Source of the DNA: a virus
Direction: 5' to 3' (one strand)
DNA length: 64,000 nucleotides
Virus record (IMG/VR): IMGVR_UViG_3300045988_147128
Span: 1 to 64,000 of that record
Shown: positions 1 to 8,721 of the stretch, in pieces
How the letters are laid out: each line of letters starts with the position of its first letter
Position numbering within the stretch: the stretch's first letter is position 1
Notes under the pieces: model-generated
The model's database searches: none
Told to the model about the DNA's origin: nothing
What the model saw: only the letters and a program-made list of their open reading frames with translations
Position numbers and translations under genes: made by a program

Positions 1-116
1 ACCAACAAAATTCAACAGATCAGAACTTTAAAACGGCATTTTGTAGTTTCTTCCCACAGAATTAAGACCTACAGTGCTTTAAAACAGCATTACATAGGTT
101 CCTTCCAACAGATTAA
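1..116. repeat. tandem direct repeats, ~50-nt unit (core CTTTAAAACRGCATT...TTCCMACAGAWTTAAG), 2 full + 1 partial copy; array runs off 5' window edge
   Basis: copy1 ~16-65 and copy2 ~66-116 align at ~75% identity; partial copy at 1-15. Confidence 0.6.
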
Positions 117-178
117 GGGCAAAGGACTGCATTATGTGAGTATTTTTTTTTTTAAGAGGGATGTTTAACAATTAAAAT

Positions 179-418
179 ATGGATAGTATGAACGTATATG
201 ATTTTGCACCCGATTTAGATTTGAGAAAAGAAGTAGAAGGTTCTATTTTTGGGGTGAAAGGAATAGAAGGCAGTGATGTTATAGTATATGCTAAGGTAGT
301 TAGCTGTGTAGACGTCAAGGATTACAGTTGTGAGAGATGTATTTTTTATGATTGTTATAAGGATACATGTTCGTTATGGGGTAGTGATAGTTGTATAGAT
401 GGGGGATTGGTTTTGTAG
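179..418 (+). CDS. hypothetical protein
   Basis: ORF track; no recognisable motif. Confidence 0.35.
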   Translation: MDSMNVYDFAPDLDLRKEVEGSIFGVKGIEGSDVIVYAKVVSCVDVKDYSCERCIFYDCYKDTCSLWGSDSCIDGGLVL

Positions 419-680
419 GTACGAACAGGCTGCCATAGAGGGGGAGTAGGCGGCGCCTTGGGCTAAGGCCTGCGGTTGTAGGTGGAGCGTAGGCCAGGGC
501 AGAGCCGGAACAGTTTATTGTGGAACGTGAAAAGAACAGATAAAAAAGGAGGAGATATGAAAAAGATATTTAAGACATTCTCTATTATGCTTGTCATAGA
601 AATAGTGTTGATAGCTATTTTAGATGCTATGTCGTAAGTGAGAAAAATTTTCTTCATTAATTTTCTTATGCTTTAGACAG

Positions 681-710
681 AACGCTCCCGTCTGCGAAGA
701 TCGGAGCGTT
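681..710 (+). terminator. hairpin AACGCTCC/GGAGCGTT with 14-nt loop CGTCTGCGAAGATC, then T-rich tail
   Basis: 8-bp perfect stem seen directly; member of conserved-loop hairpin family. Confidence 0.55.
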
Positions 711-735
711 TGCTTTATGGGATTCATGGTGCAGC

Positions 736-765
736 AGGTCGGTTCGATTCCGGCGATCTCACACA
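736..765 (+). other. tRNA 3'-half-like element copy 1 (T-arm GTCGG-TTCGATT-CCGGC + GATCTCACA); no pairing 5' acceptor strand found
   Basis: canonical GGTTCGATTCC T-loop; near-identical copy at 1590-1617; both precede an ORF by ~25 nt. Confidence 0.45.
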
Positions 766-791
766 ACATTAAAAACAAAGGAGGGAAGAAA

Positions 792-1133
792 ATGAAAGAT
801 GGTATCACATTACACCCAGAGCACGGATTGAATCCGTCTATAGAAGTCTGCATGATATGTGGCGAAGAGATGGGGATTGCTTTATTAGGAAATAATATCA
901 AAGGTCAGGCGCCGCATCATATATGCACGGGCGGAGTATGTGACGATTGCAAAAAGATAATAGATGACGGAGGCTGTTTTATTATCGAAGTCGAGGATGG
1001 ATCAGATCAAAAGAATCCGTATCGTACAGGAAGATATTGTGCGATAAAGAAAGAGGCGGCAAAGAAGATATTTGGACAGGAGCATAATATTGTGTACATG
1101 GAAAAGTCTGCATACAGTCAAATAATACTATAA
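792..1133 (+). CDS. Cys-rich hypothetical protein (CMICGEE...CTGGVCDDC), probable zinc binding
   Basis: ATG at 792 preceded by AAGGAGG SD; track ORF 717 starts inside the tRNA-like element. Confidence 0.6.
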   Translation: MKDGITLHPEHGLNPSIEVCMICGEEMGIALLGNNIKGQAPHHICTGGVCDDCKKIIDDGGCFIIEVEDGSDQKNPYRTGRYCAIKKEAAKKIFGQEHNIVYMEKSAYSQIIL

Positions 1134-1147
1134 AAATAAAGAAGGAT

Positions 1148-1462
1148 ATGTTTACAAAAGAAGAGCGATTATTCATATGGAAAGAGGTATATGGGATAAT
1201 TGATAGGTCAGAGAATGGGCAATACATATGCATTGCATTAAAAAATGTAGTATTTTATTTTTTCAAAACACATAAAGAAATAGAATTTATGAGTTTAGAC
1301 GAAATGGTGAGAATATATTTCCCAGAATTGAGGGCAAGGAGAAGTATGGCTACAGAACCAGAGGAAATATGGAGGATATATGGATGGTTTGGTTGTATTA
1401 GTCCAGAAACGAAGGAGGTGAGACTGAATATTGTAAAAGATATTATAAAAGAATTAGAATAG
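1148..1462 (+). CDS. hypothetical protein
   Basis: ORF track. Confidence 0.5.
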   Translation: MFTKEERLFIWKEVYGIIDRSENGQYICIALKNVVFYFFKTHKEIEFMSLDEMVRIYFPELRARRSMATEPEEIWRIYGWFGCISPETKEVRLNIVKDIIKELE

Positions 1463-1508
1463 TATTTTTGTTAACCTATTTTATTCATCAAATTAAGTTT
1501 TGGGTTTT

Positions 1509-1538
1509 GGCATGTCGGTTCGTGAGGATAGGCATGCC
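1509..1538 (+). terminator. hairpin GGCATG/CATGCC with loop TCGGTTCGTGAGGATAGG, followed by TATTTTTAT
   Basis: seen directly; loop matches conserved motif. Confidence 0.55.
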
Positions 1539-1571
1539 TATTTTTATGTCATAGAGGGATGACGCGGCGTG

Positions 1572-1617
1572 CCGGCATGTATGTGCCGGTCCTGGTTCGA
1601 TTCTGGGCATCTCACAA
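1572..1617 (+). other. tRNA 3'-half-like element copy 2: hairpin CCGGCA/TGCCGG + GGTTCGATTCTGGGC + ATCTCACA
   Basis: shares GGTTCGATTC-N5-ATCTCACA-AACAAT-AAAACAAA with copy 1. Confidence 0.45.
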
Positions 1618-1636
1618 ACAATAAAACAAAAGAGTT

Positions 1637-1870
1637 ATGAGAATATACAAGAATGATATTATAAAGGCGTCAGCGATAAGCACCAGCGACGACAGGGGAT
1701 TATTACTGTGTTCAATAACGGATTCCGGTTTTACGTCTATAGCTGGTGTAATATCGGCTATTAAAGACAAGTTGCCAAACAAAGATCATAAGAAGATGGT
1801 TTTTGAAATTTTGAATGATACGAAAAAAGAGTACGGAAGATATAATAATTGCGGAGGAAAAGTGTTATGA
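1637..1870 (+). CDS. hypothetical protein
   Basis: ORF track. Confidence 0.5.
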   Translation: MRIYKNDIIKASAISTSDDRGLLLCSITDSGFTSIAGVISAIKDKLPNKDHKKMVFEILNDTKKEYGRYNNCGGKVL

Positions 1871-2082
1871 GAAAAAATATAAAGAGCTTTTTATTGCCTT
1901 CAATATTGGCGAGCATGGTTGATGATTCTTATAGAGTAAGACGTATTCATAGTAACAATCATCCTAAACCAGTAAAAAGGGATGAAAAAAACAGGATAGA
2001 GAGGGAGTTTGATATCAATGGAAAGAAAATAATGGCTTATTCAAGAAAGGATGCCATTAAAAGATTAAAACATAAGAAGTAG
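1867..2082 (+). CDS. hypothetical basic protein
   Basis: internal ATG of track ORF 1849. Confidence 0.45.
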   Translation: MRKNIKSFLLPSILASMVDDSYRVRRIHSNNHPKPVKRDEKNRIEREFDINGKKIMAYSRKDAIKRLKHKK

Positions 2083-2127
2083 AAAACGGATTTTTATGTT
2101 AATGTTAGTTTTTTCATTTTTATTGAG

Positions 2128-2155
2128 AGGAGCGCCGGCCTGTGAAGGTATGCGC
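2128..2155 (+). terminator. hairpin GAGCGC/GCGCTC, loop CGGCCTGTGAAGGTAT, followed by TTTGTATTTGTAT
   Basis: seen directly; conserved loop motif. Confidence 0.55.
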
Positions 2156-2191
2156 TCTTTGTATTTGTATAATGCATAAAACAATAATAAT

Positions 2192-2446
2192 ATGACAGAG
2201 AATAGTATAGACGTAAATATCGTACCTGTAAAGAATGGTATGAAACGTGTTGTGGTATCATATTACCATTATTCACGCAAGGAGAAAGATCGCATGAGTT
2301 CTCAAACGGATTACGTGTGGGAAACAGGGAATGAAGAGATGTTTAAATACTTTGAGGCCAGGAGGATAAAAGTATTTTATAGTCAGATTCGTGCCATGTG
2401 TAGATTCTATGGCAAGAAAAATGTACGTAAATACAAAAAGCTATGA
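2192..2446 (+). CDS. hypothetical protein
   Basis: ORF track. Confidence 0.45.
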   Translation: MTENSIDVNIVPVKNGMKRVVVSYYHYSRKEKDRMSSQTDYVWETGNEEMFKYFEARRIKVFYSQIRAMCRFYGKKNVRKYKKL

Positions 2447-3252
2447 TATTAAAAACGACAACCAACGAGTTTTGTTTCATCAGCGTAAGTTTCTATGAAA
2501 CAATAGCGGATCCTCGTCATTTCTTTGAACAGGATTATGAAGAGATGCCAGAATACGAGGAAGAAGCAGATTTTGATTTTGATTCTTATTGCAATAAGTT
2601 TATTCCTTTTGTACAGGAATGGGCGAATAAGGTGGGCGAACGCCTTTACGGATATGGTGTGAATAACATAAAGGTAACATCGGTCGGACATCCGAGTGAA
2701 TATAATTATGATACTGATTGGATGAATGTGGAGGTAGAATTTTGTGATAGATGGAGGCAAAGGATGTTATTTAATATTGGTAAGATTGTCAATGATGATA
2801 AATGCAAGAAGTATGCGGAAGCCAATTATAGGTCAGTATTAGGATACATCTTTTTAGGACCTGAAGATTTAAAGGAATTTGAAAAGGAAATAATAGAAAA
2901 GAAGTCGGATTCGAAATATGATATAACAATATTATTAAATATGTATCTAACTTTGGCTTTTGTAAAAGAATTTGGATTTAAAGCCGGAGAAGCGTGGAGT
3001 GAAATAACAGAATATGCTTACGGATGTTTATCGTATTCCGATTTTGCAACAACAGAGATGCTTATACCGGAAGGTTCGGAGCATTTATTCAAAGACATTT
3101 ACACGGCAAAGGCCGACGAATTATATCATCATGTCCTGGATAAATTCGGATGGGCGTGGCGTGATCCGAAATATAAATCAGAAACAGAATTATGCTCGAT
3201 GTTAAAATGGGCAAAAGAAAAAGGCTTGACCATTGAAGAGTTAAGTATTTAA
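2443..3252 (+). CDS. hypothetical protein (269 aa)
   Basis: long ORF, start overlaps upstream stop (ATGA). Confidence 0.6.
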   Translation: MILKTTTNEFCFISVSFYETIADPRHFFEQDYEEMPEYEEEADFDFDSYCNKFIPFVQEWANKVGERLYGYGVNNIKVTSVGHPSEYNYDTDWMNVEVEFCDRWRQRMLFNIGKIVNDDKCKKYAEANYRSVLGYIFLGPEDLKEFEKEIIEKKSDSKYDITILLNMYLTLAFVKEFGFKAGEAWSEITEYAYGCLSYSDFATTEMLIPEGSEHLFKDIYTAKADELYHHVLDKFGWAWRDPKYKSETELCSMLKWAKEKGLTIEELSI

Positions 3253-3265
3253 TTGTTAAACATAA

Positions 3266-3297
3266 GGCAGTAGTGGTGCGTGAGTATAGGTGCTGCC
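3266..3297 (+). terminator. hairpin GGCAG/CTGCC, loop contains GCGTGAGTATAGG
   Basis: seen directly; conserved loop motif; overlaps GTG start of track ORF 3280. Confidence 0.5.
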
Positions 3298-3315
3298 GTT
3301 AAAATATTTTATAAG

Positions 3316-3564
3316 ATGAAAAAAGAAGAGATTCAAACTATTTTATACACAATCAAAGAAGGAGACAGTATTAAAATCAAAGTACAAGACAAAAGTGAAG
3401 AGATAAGATTGCGGGATCATGTAAGAAGAACGCAGAAATACGGATACAGGTTTTGTTTGTCTCATTTGCATGATGGAATTTTCTATTTGGAGAAGTTGGA
3501 AGAGGGAGATAAAGATAAATACTATAGAGTAATAAACAGAGGAAATGGAAAGACCGGAGTATAA
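3316..3564 (+). CDS. hypothetical protein
   Basis: ATG at 3316 downstream of hairpin. Confidence 0.5.
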   Translation: MKKEEIQTILYTIKEGDSIKIKVQDKSEEIRLRDHVRRTQKYGYRFCLSHLHDGIFYLEKLEEGDKDKYYRVINRGNGKTGV

Positions 3565-3838
3565 TAAGCTACGCAAAATGGCTAAGACTACTCCAGGTCT
3601 GATAGTGGACGAGGCGCAAAACATGATGCGTGTATCGCTGTATGATAATGGGGAACTTAAGAAGATCGTAGTAGTAATGAAATGCGATTCTTTTTTACAG
3701 TCAAAAAGTAACATAGAAAAGATAATGTTATTATCATCTTCTATAGAAGATAGAAAAAACAGAGAAAAAAATAAAACAAAATCAGAAAATGAACAGAATA
3801 ACAAAAATAAGAGAAGAAATAGGAGGAAAACAGGTTGA
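3545..3838 (+). CDS. hypothetical Lys/Asn-rich protein
   Basis: ORF track; overlaps neighbours, weak. Confidence 0.35.
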   Translation: MERPEYNKLRKMAKTTPGLIVDEAQNMMRVSLYDNGELKKIVVVMKCDSFLQSKSNIEKIMLLSSSIEDRKNREKNKTKSENEQNNKNKRRNRRKTG

Positions 3839-4172
3839 TTTGACCTTCTATGGGCGTTTTTGCAGCCTTATCGAAGGTGATAGAAAGATAATACTAAAGG
3901 CAATAAAAAACGGCCGTAAGAAAGGCGTAATCGGAGCCATTCAGCCCGGAAGACATGATAGAATTTGGACCACATGGGCTATTGCTTTTGAGGATCTGAA
4001 GGTAGGGGATACGGTAGAGTTTAGTACATCCGGGAAATACAATCCAGGTTTTCATTCTACAGAAAAGTATGTAGGATGTGTAGAATGGATAAAAGGATCG
4101 GAATGTGCGATAAAAACCGGCAAAGGGATGGCAGTAGTATTAATTAAACACGTGGAAAGGGTAGTAAGATGA
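3789..4172 (+). CDS. hypothetical protein
   Basis: ORF track. Confidence 0.5.
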   Translation: MNRITKIREEIGGKQVDLTFYGRFCSLIEGDRKIILKAIKNGRKKGVIGAIQPGRHDRIWTTWAIAFEDLKVGDTVEFSTSGKYNPGFHSTEKYVGCVEWIKGSECAIKTGKGMAVVLIKHVERVVR

Positions 4173-4450
4173 AATTGAGAGAATTTGTAGAACTCTTTGA
4201 TAAGAATGATGTAAAGGATTTGTTTAAGTCATTATCTTTATGTATGGAATACGTAAGGATAGATTTACATGTATTTAATGTAGGTGCTTATGTTACGTGC
4301 CTGTACAGTAATGATCTTGAACAGCTTTCAACGATGAAAGGGTGCGCTATATACGCGATAGTAGAAGTACCATGTTTATTTGAGGCATTTATGGAATATG
4401 CTTCACCGGAATTGAAAGCATATTATGATAAACTAACGAAAGAAGTGTGA
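4169..4450 (+). CDS. hypothetical protein
   Basis: ORF track; ATGA overlap. Confidence 0.5.
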   Translation: MKLREFVELFDKNDVKDLFKSLSLCMEYVRIDLHVFNVGAYVTCLYSNDLEQLSTMKGCAIYAIVEVPCLFEAFMEYASPELKAYYDKLTKEV

Positions 4451-4451
4451 C

Positions 4452-4934
4452 ATGAAAGAGGAAGTAGAACGGATAAAGAAGTTGGTAGGCATAGATCATA
4501 ATAGATGGGAGCAACCTTGTACATGTGATAAATGCAAGAACATGTGTAAGGTTCCTTGTATTGGTACGCCAAAAGACATAGAGGCTATCATAGATGCCGG
4601 ATACGCTGATAGGTTAAAAGAAACAATGTGGATGGTAGGGTATCTTGCAGTGAAGGAAAAACCAATAGCGATGATCCAGCCGACAGAGAAAGACGGGTGG
4701 TGCGCATTCCGCCGGCCAGACGGTCTCTGCGAGCTGCATGACCGTGGACTAAAGCCGACCGAAGGAGTTCTGGCTTCCTGTAAGATGATTGAAGAAGACA
4801 ATGTTCCAACATACGAAACGTCTGTACTTAGAGCAGTGGCTAATGAGTGGGTTAAGGTGGAGAACTTTGGAGATATAATGAGGGTCGTTTTTAAATTTTT
4901 GCATGAAAATGAACGTAGAAAACAAATTAGATAA
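4452..4934 (+). CDS. Cys-rich hypothetical protein (CTCDKCKNMCKVPC)
   Basis: ORF track; Cys cluster. Confidence 0.55.
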   Translation: MKEEVERIKKLVGIDHNRWEQPCTCDKCKNMCKVPCIGTPKDIEAIIDAGYADRLKETMWMVGYLAVKEKPIAMIQPTEKDGWCAFRRPDGLCELHDRGLKPTEGVLASCKMIEEDNVPTYETSVLRAVANEWVKVENFGDIMRVVFKFLHENERRKQIR

Positions 4935-5313
4935 AGTAGTTAAGATCCTAAAAGAAAAAGGATTTGTGGTATATAGAAAGGGCGGAAAGGAGCCGGGTGT
5001 ATTTTACGCCAAAGAAGGTGACAGCCGGATAGGATTCGTTTATCCCAACAACGGATATATATATGATAGAATAAAAATGTGGTCTTTTTCAAGGATATAT
5101 AAACCACATAAGAAAACCGGGTCTTCGTGTTTAATGAGCGTCAGCGACGAATTTACGATAGAGAATGCGATTAAGAACATAGAGGATAGACTGTGGGTAA
5201 ATTATGTAAAAGACGGTAACAGAAAACGACCAGAAGAATACAATAATATAAGAGAATTTGTTGGTAGCTTCACTAAATTCTACAACTCTGTAGAATTAGT
5301 TGAGGTTAAGTAG
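4903..5313 (+). CDS. hypothetical protein
   Basis: ORF track. Confidence 0.55.
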   Translation: MKMNVENKLDKVVKILKEKGFVVYRKGGKEPGVFYAKEGDSRIGFVYPNNGYIYDRIKMWSFSRIYKPHKKTGSSCLMSVSDEFTIENAIKNIEDRLWVNYVKDGNRKRPEEYNNIREFVGSFTKFYNSVELVEVK

Positions 5314-5334
5314 TTTTCCATGTAAGTTAGTTAC

Positions 5335-5370
5335 CGGCACTGGTCTGTGAAGATAGGTGTCGTTTTTTTT
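5335..5370 (+). terminator. hairpin CGGCAC/GTGTCG (one G-U), loop TGGTCTGTGAAGATAG, then T8
   Basis: seen directly; conserved loop motif. Confidence 0.55.
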
Positions 5371-5387
5371 AAGAAAGGAGGATAAAG

Positions 5388-5639
5388 ATGGAGAAAAGAG
5401 ACAAGGAAATGCCTTACGAGGTAATCATACAGGAGAGAAACAAAGTGGATTTATACGGTAACGTAGTATATTATATATATTGGTTTGATAAATATGGGAA
5501 CGATATTACAAACGAATGGAAATTCTGGAGCAAGGATCCGAAAAAGAAATATGATAGAGTCAATCGCTATTTAACGGATAGTTGGCTAAAGGAATACTGT
5601 AAGAACAACAATTTAAAAATAAGTAGAATAAAGGAATGA
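5388..5639 (+). CDS. hypothetical protein
   Basis: strong SD AAAGGAGG. Confidence 0.6.
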   Translation: MEKRDKEMPYEVIIQERNKVDLYGNVVYYIYWFDKYGNDITNEWKFWSKDPKKKYDRVNRYLTDSWLKEYCKNNNLKISRIKE

Positions 5640-5726
5640 AGCCGGGAAAGCATGCTATGATAACAAACGAGTATGGTGTCTTGGATATTATAAAAGAAAA
5701 ATTTGACAACATAAATATAATGGAAT

Positions 5727-5978
5727 ATGGATCTAAATAAATTGTATAAAGAAATAGAAGAAGCGGAGGTCAATCTGAATGCAAAAAGATTAAAGTACAT
5801 CAAAGAAGCATTAACGGAGAACGGTGGAAGCGTAAAGCTAAAATTTAAAGAGTTTAAAGAATGGCAAGAAGCTAATAGCGTGTTTGACTTTGATGATCAG
5901 TTTCCAGTGATAATAGAAATTGATGGAAATTCTATGTATTTAACGGAAGTGTATGTCAAAAAAACGATTTTCGTGTAG
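5727..5978 (+). CDS. hypothetical protein
   Basis: ORF track. Confidence 0.5.
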   Translation: MDLNKLYKEIEEAEVNLNAKRLKYIKEALTENGGSVKLKFKEFKEWQEANSVFDFDDQFPVIIEIDGNSMYLTEVYVKKTIFV

Positions 5979-6080
5979 TCATGCTGGATTATACTGATAT
6001 GACTTTTTATGATTATAGCAATCCAGGGGAAAATGAACAGGTTGCTTATTTTATTAACTATTGCTTAAATCAAGACAAAG

Positions 6081-6269
6081 ATGGGAAAGAGTAGAAAAGA
6101 TTATGAGAAGTATCTTAACTCAATATCTCCAGATAGAGACGATGAGGCATGGATCATTGGAGGAAAGAACAGGTATTGCGGTAGAGAGAATTATGGCACT
6201 ATGATCAAAAGGTATGATCCTATTGGTTTTAACGTGGGATACAGGGAGTGGGTGGAACAGCCAGAGTAA
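6081..6269 (+). CDS. hypothetical protein
   Basis: ORF track. Confidence 0.4.
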   Translation: MGKSRKDYEKYLNSISPDRDDEAWIIGGKNRYCGRENYGTMIKRYDPIGFNVGYREWVEQPE

Positions 6270-6452
6270 GGCGGAGCCCGCCCTGGTAGAGGACGTGGAC
6301 GGCAACAGGTGGAAAATAAACCGGTATGAAAACGATATGCTGACTGCTGGATGTCATCGTATTGCATATAGCGAGATGGAAAGTATTGCGAAACAACTGG
6401 GATGGGTGTAAGTAACCCATCCTATTTTATAATAACTAAAAACAAAAAAAAT

Positions 6453-7193
6453 ATGGAAAATCCAATTATTGTTCCGTTTGATTTAAATACGGCGAGAAAA
6501 ATTAAAAGCGGAGAAATAGAAGGTTCGGTATTAATAAACAATATTGAAATAGAATTTGCATATGAGTCGAAAGACTGTGCAGATTCTTATAATTTACTTT
6601 TTGTAAAAAAAGATGGACGTGGAATAAGTGCTGTATATGCTAACACAGAAGGTTGCACTCTTGGTAACTCCACTCTGGAATTGAAAGTGGAGGCTGGAGC
6701 ATATTTTAAGAAAGGAGATGTATTAACAAGCACTAAAGGATGTCAATTTATATATGATGGACTTATTACCAAAGGAGTAATGGGAAGTATATGTGGAATG
6801 GCAACATCTGGAGATATTGAGTTTGATAATAACAAATTATGGACTGATGTGTATAGCGAAGATGAAAATCGGAGTGTAAGAAAGGCTGAAAAAGAAGAGA
6901 AGAAATTTTTAGCAGAAAAGATTATAAAAGCCGAAGACAGCAGAAAAATAAATATAATAAAACAATATTTAAGCGAATATAAGTATCTATTAGATAAGAT
7001 GCCAAAACATGACTTCAAACCATTTGAACGAGTATTGGTAAGAAGAACTAACCAAGAGAGGTGGAAATTGCATTTATTCTCCAGAGGATTAGGAACATAT
7101 GAAGAATATGAATGTTTGGGAGGCGTAACATTTAGTCAGTGTATCCCATACGAAGGAAACGAACATCTTTTAGGAACTAATAAAAACAAATAA
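6453..7193 (+). CDS. hypothetical protein, paralogue A (N-term IVPFDLNTARKIKSGE)
   Basis: ATG 6453; N-terminal motif shared with next gene. Confidence 0.6.
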   Translation: MENPIIVPFDLNTARKIKSGEIEGSVLINNIEIEFAYESKDCADSYNLLFVKKDGRGISAVYANTEGCTLGNSTLELKVEAGAYFKKGDVLTSTKGCQFIYDGLITKGVMGSICGMATSGDIEFDNNKLWTDVYSEDENRSVRKAEKEEKKFLAEKIIKAEDSRKINIIKQYLSEYKYLLDKMPKHDFKPFERVLVRRTNQERWKLHLFSRGLGTYEEYECLGGVTFSQCIPYEGNEHLLGTNKNK

Positions 7194-7197
7194 GATT

Positions 7198-7908
7198 ATG
7201 GAACATAAAATGGTAACAATCCCGTTTGATTTAGAAACGGCAAAGAAAATAAGAAAAGGCGAAAGATTAGGTCAGATTGTGGCATTGACAGACGAAGACA
7301 TAAGTCTGTATATAGACAAAGAACTTGCTAATAAAGGTATTCCAATTGAAGCTAAAAACTGGAATATGAAAAGCAAAAAAGAAGTCATATATCCAAGAAT
7401 GGGAGTTCCGGTATTTGTATTAAAAGATGTTGGCATTGGTTTTAGGACCATAGAAGGTGCAACTGAAATGGCTAATTTGCTTATTAAGTATAATGCATTT
7501 AAAATAGGGACGGAGTATCTAACAGGATCGTATGATTCGTTTTGGGTCATGAAGGAAAATGTTTGCCCAGCCATTGAAGGAGTAGCAGGATATAGCAAGG
7601 AAGAGTTTGATAAGATAAATAAGGAAAATAAAGATCCAGAATTGGTAAATATAAATTCCTTCAACAATACTGTGAAAAGGGCCAATGAAGTTAGAGATGG
7701 GATATTGAAATACGTTCACGATATAAAGCAGGAACGTTCATACAATAATGACATGGTTGGCATCTTTGAAAGGTATAAGAATATAGCAGACGGTGACATG
7801 GAAGTAGCTATGAATTTTATTAAGGAGGCTTATCCGTTTAATGAAGAAACAGAGGTATTTATCAGGAAAAAGTTCAACATGTCTATACCAGTTGAGCCAG
7901 AAGAGTAA
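7198..7908 (+). CDS. hypothetical protein, paralogue B (N-term TIPFDLETAKKIRKGE)
   Basis: tandem paralogue of previous. Confidence 0.6.
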   Translation: MEHKMVTIPFDLETAKKIRKGERLGQIVALTDEDISLYIDKELANKGIPIEAKNWNMKSKKEVIYPRMGVPVFVLKDVGIGFRTIEGATEMANLLIKYNAFKIGTEYLTGSYDSFWVMKENVCPAIEGVAGYSKEEFDKINKENKDPELVNINSFNNTVKRANEVRDGILKYVHDIKQERSYNNDMVGIFERYKNIADGDMEVAMNFIKEAYPFNEETEVFIRKKFNMSIPVEPEE

Positions 7909-7987
7909 AAAAAAAATAAGCTAAATTAAGTTATTTAAAATCTTTTTTATTATTAAAAGATATATCTTTGTCCAAAAAACAAACAAG

Positions 7988-8239
7988 ATGGAAGAAAAGG
8001 AAATCAAAGAAGCTATGACTGAAGCTTTGGAACGCTTAGAGGGATGTAAGTGTTTCGTAGCTACGATAGTAAATGAAGAAGAAAGAAGATTTGATATGAG
8101 CCAAAGAATGTCACATCATCAATTGGCGTTAGTTATAAAAGGTATCTTATCTAATAATGAGATGATGATGATGGACGTTCTACAGTGGTGCTCTGCCAGA
8201 CTTAAAAATAATATAGATAAAAAGAAGTCAACTAATTAA
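7988..8239 (+). CDS. hypothetical protein
   Basis: ORF track. Confidence 0.5.
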   Translation: MEEKEIKEAMTEALERLEGCKCFVATIVNEEERRFDMSQRMSHHQLALVIKGILSNNEMMMMDVLQWCSARLKNNIDKKKSTN

Positions 8240-8250
8240 ATATTAATAAC

Positions 8251-8721
8251 ATGAATCGCTGGTTTGAAATTACGGTAAAAGCCGAGATAGACAATATCGA
8301 GAACGGCAAAAAAAAGAAAGTAAATGAAAAGTATTTGGTAGATGCCTTATCTTACACAGAGGCAGAGTCAAGATCTTATGAAATCCTAAAGGGGTTGTAT
8401 AAGGTGTTTGATGTTGTCAAGATCAATCCTATTAAAGTGTCGGAAATTTTCTTCAACGGAGAAGCTGAGTACTGGTATAAGTGTAAGGTAAATTACATTA
8501 CACTGGATGAAAAGAAAGGTAAAGAAAAGAAAACGCCATGCTATATGTATGTCCAGGCCGGCAATCCGAAAGATGCTGAGGCTGTGTTAACTAAAGGGAT
8601 GCAAGGTACGTTGGGCGACTGGAATTGTGAGTCTATTGCAGAAACGAAAATCATTGAAGTATTTAAATACGATCTGCAAAAAGGTGTAGAAAAATTGGGA
8701 GAAAAGAAAACTGATGAGTGA
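8251..8721 (+). CDS. hypothetical protein
   Basis: ORF track. Confidence 0.55.
   Translation: MNRWFEITVKAEIDNIENGKKKKVNEKYLVDALSYTEAESRSYEILKGLYKVFDVVKINPIKVSEIFFNGEAEYWYKCKVNYITLDEKKGKEKKTPCYMYVQAGNPKDAEAVLTKGMQGTLGDWNCESIAETKIIEVFKYDLQKGVEKLGEKKTDE

Noticed and set aside
1-116. Possible CRISPR array at window start
   Set aside because: Repeats are directly adjacent with no unique spacers and are only ~75% identical; this is tandem-repeat or iteron-like, not CRISPR.
681-765. Complete tRNA gene spanning the hairpin plus T-arm at 681-765 (and similarly at 1509-1617)
   Set aside because: No 5' acceptor strand complementary to GATCTCA/CATCTCA and no D or anticodon arm at the right spacing; T-rich terminator tails lie inside the would-be tRNA. 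Kept only as a tRNA-like fragment.
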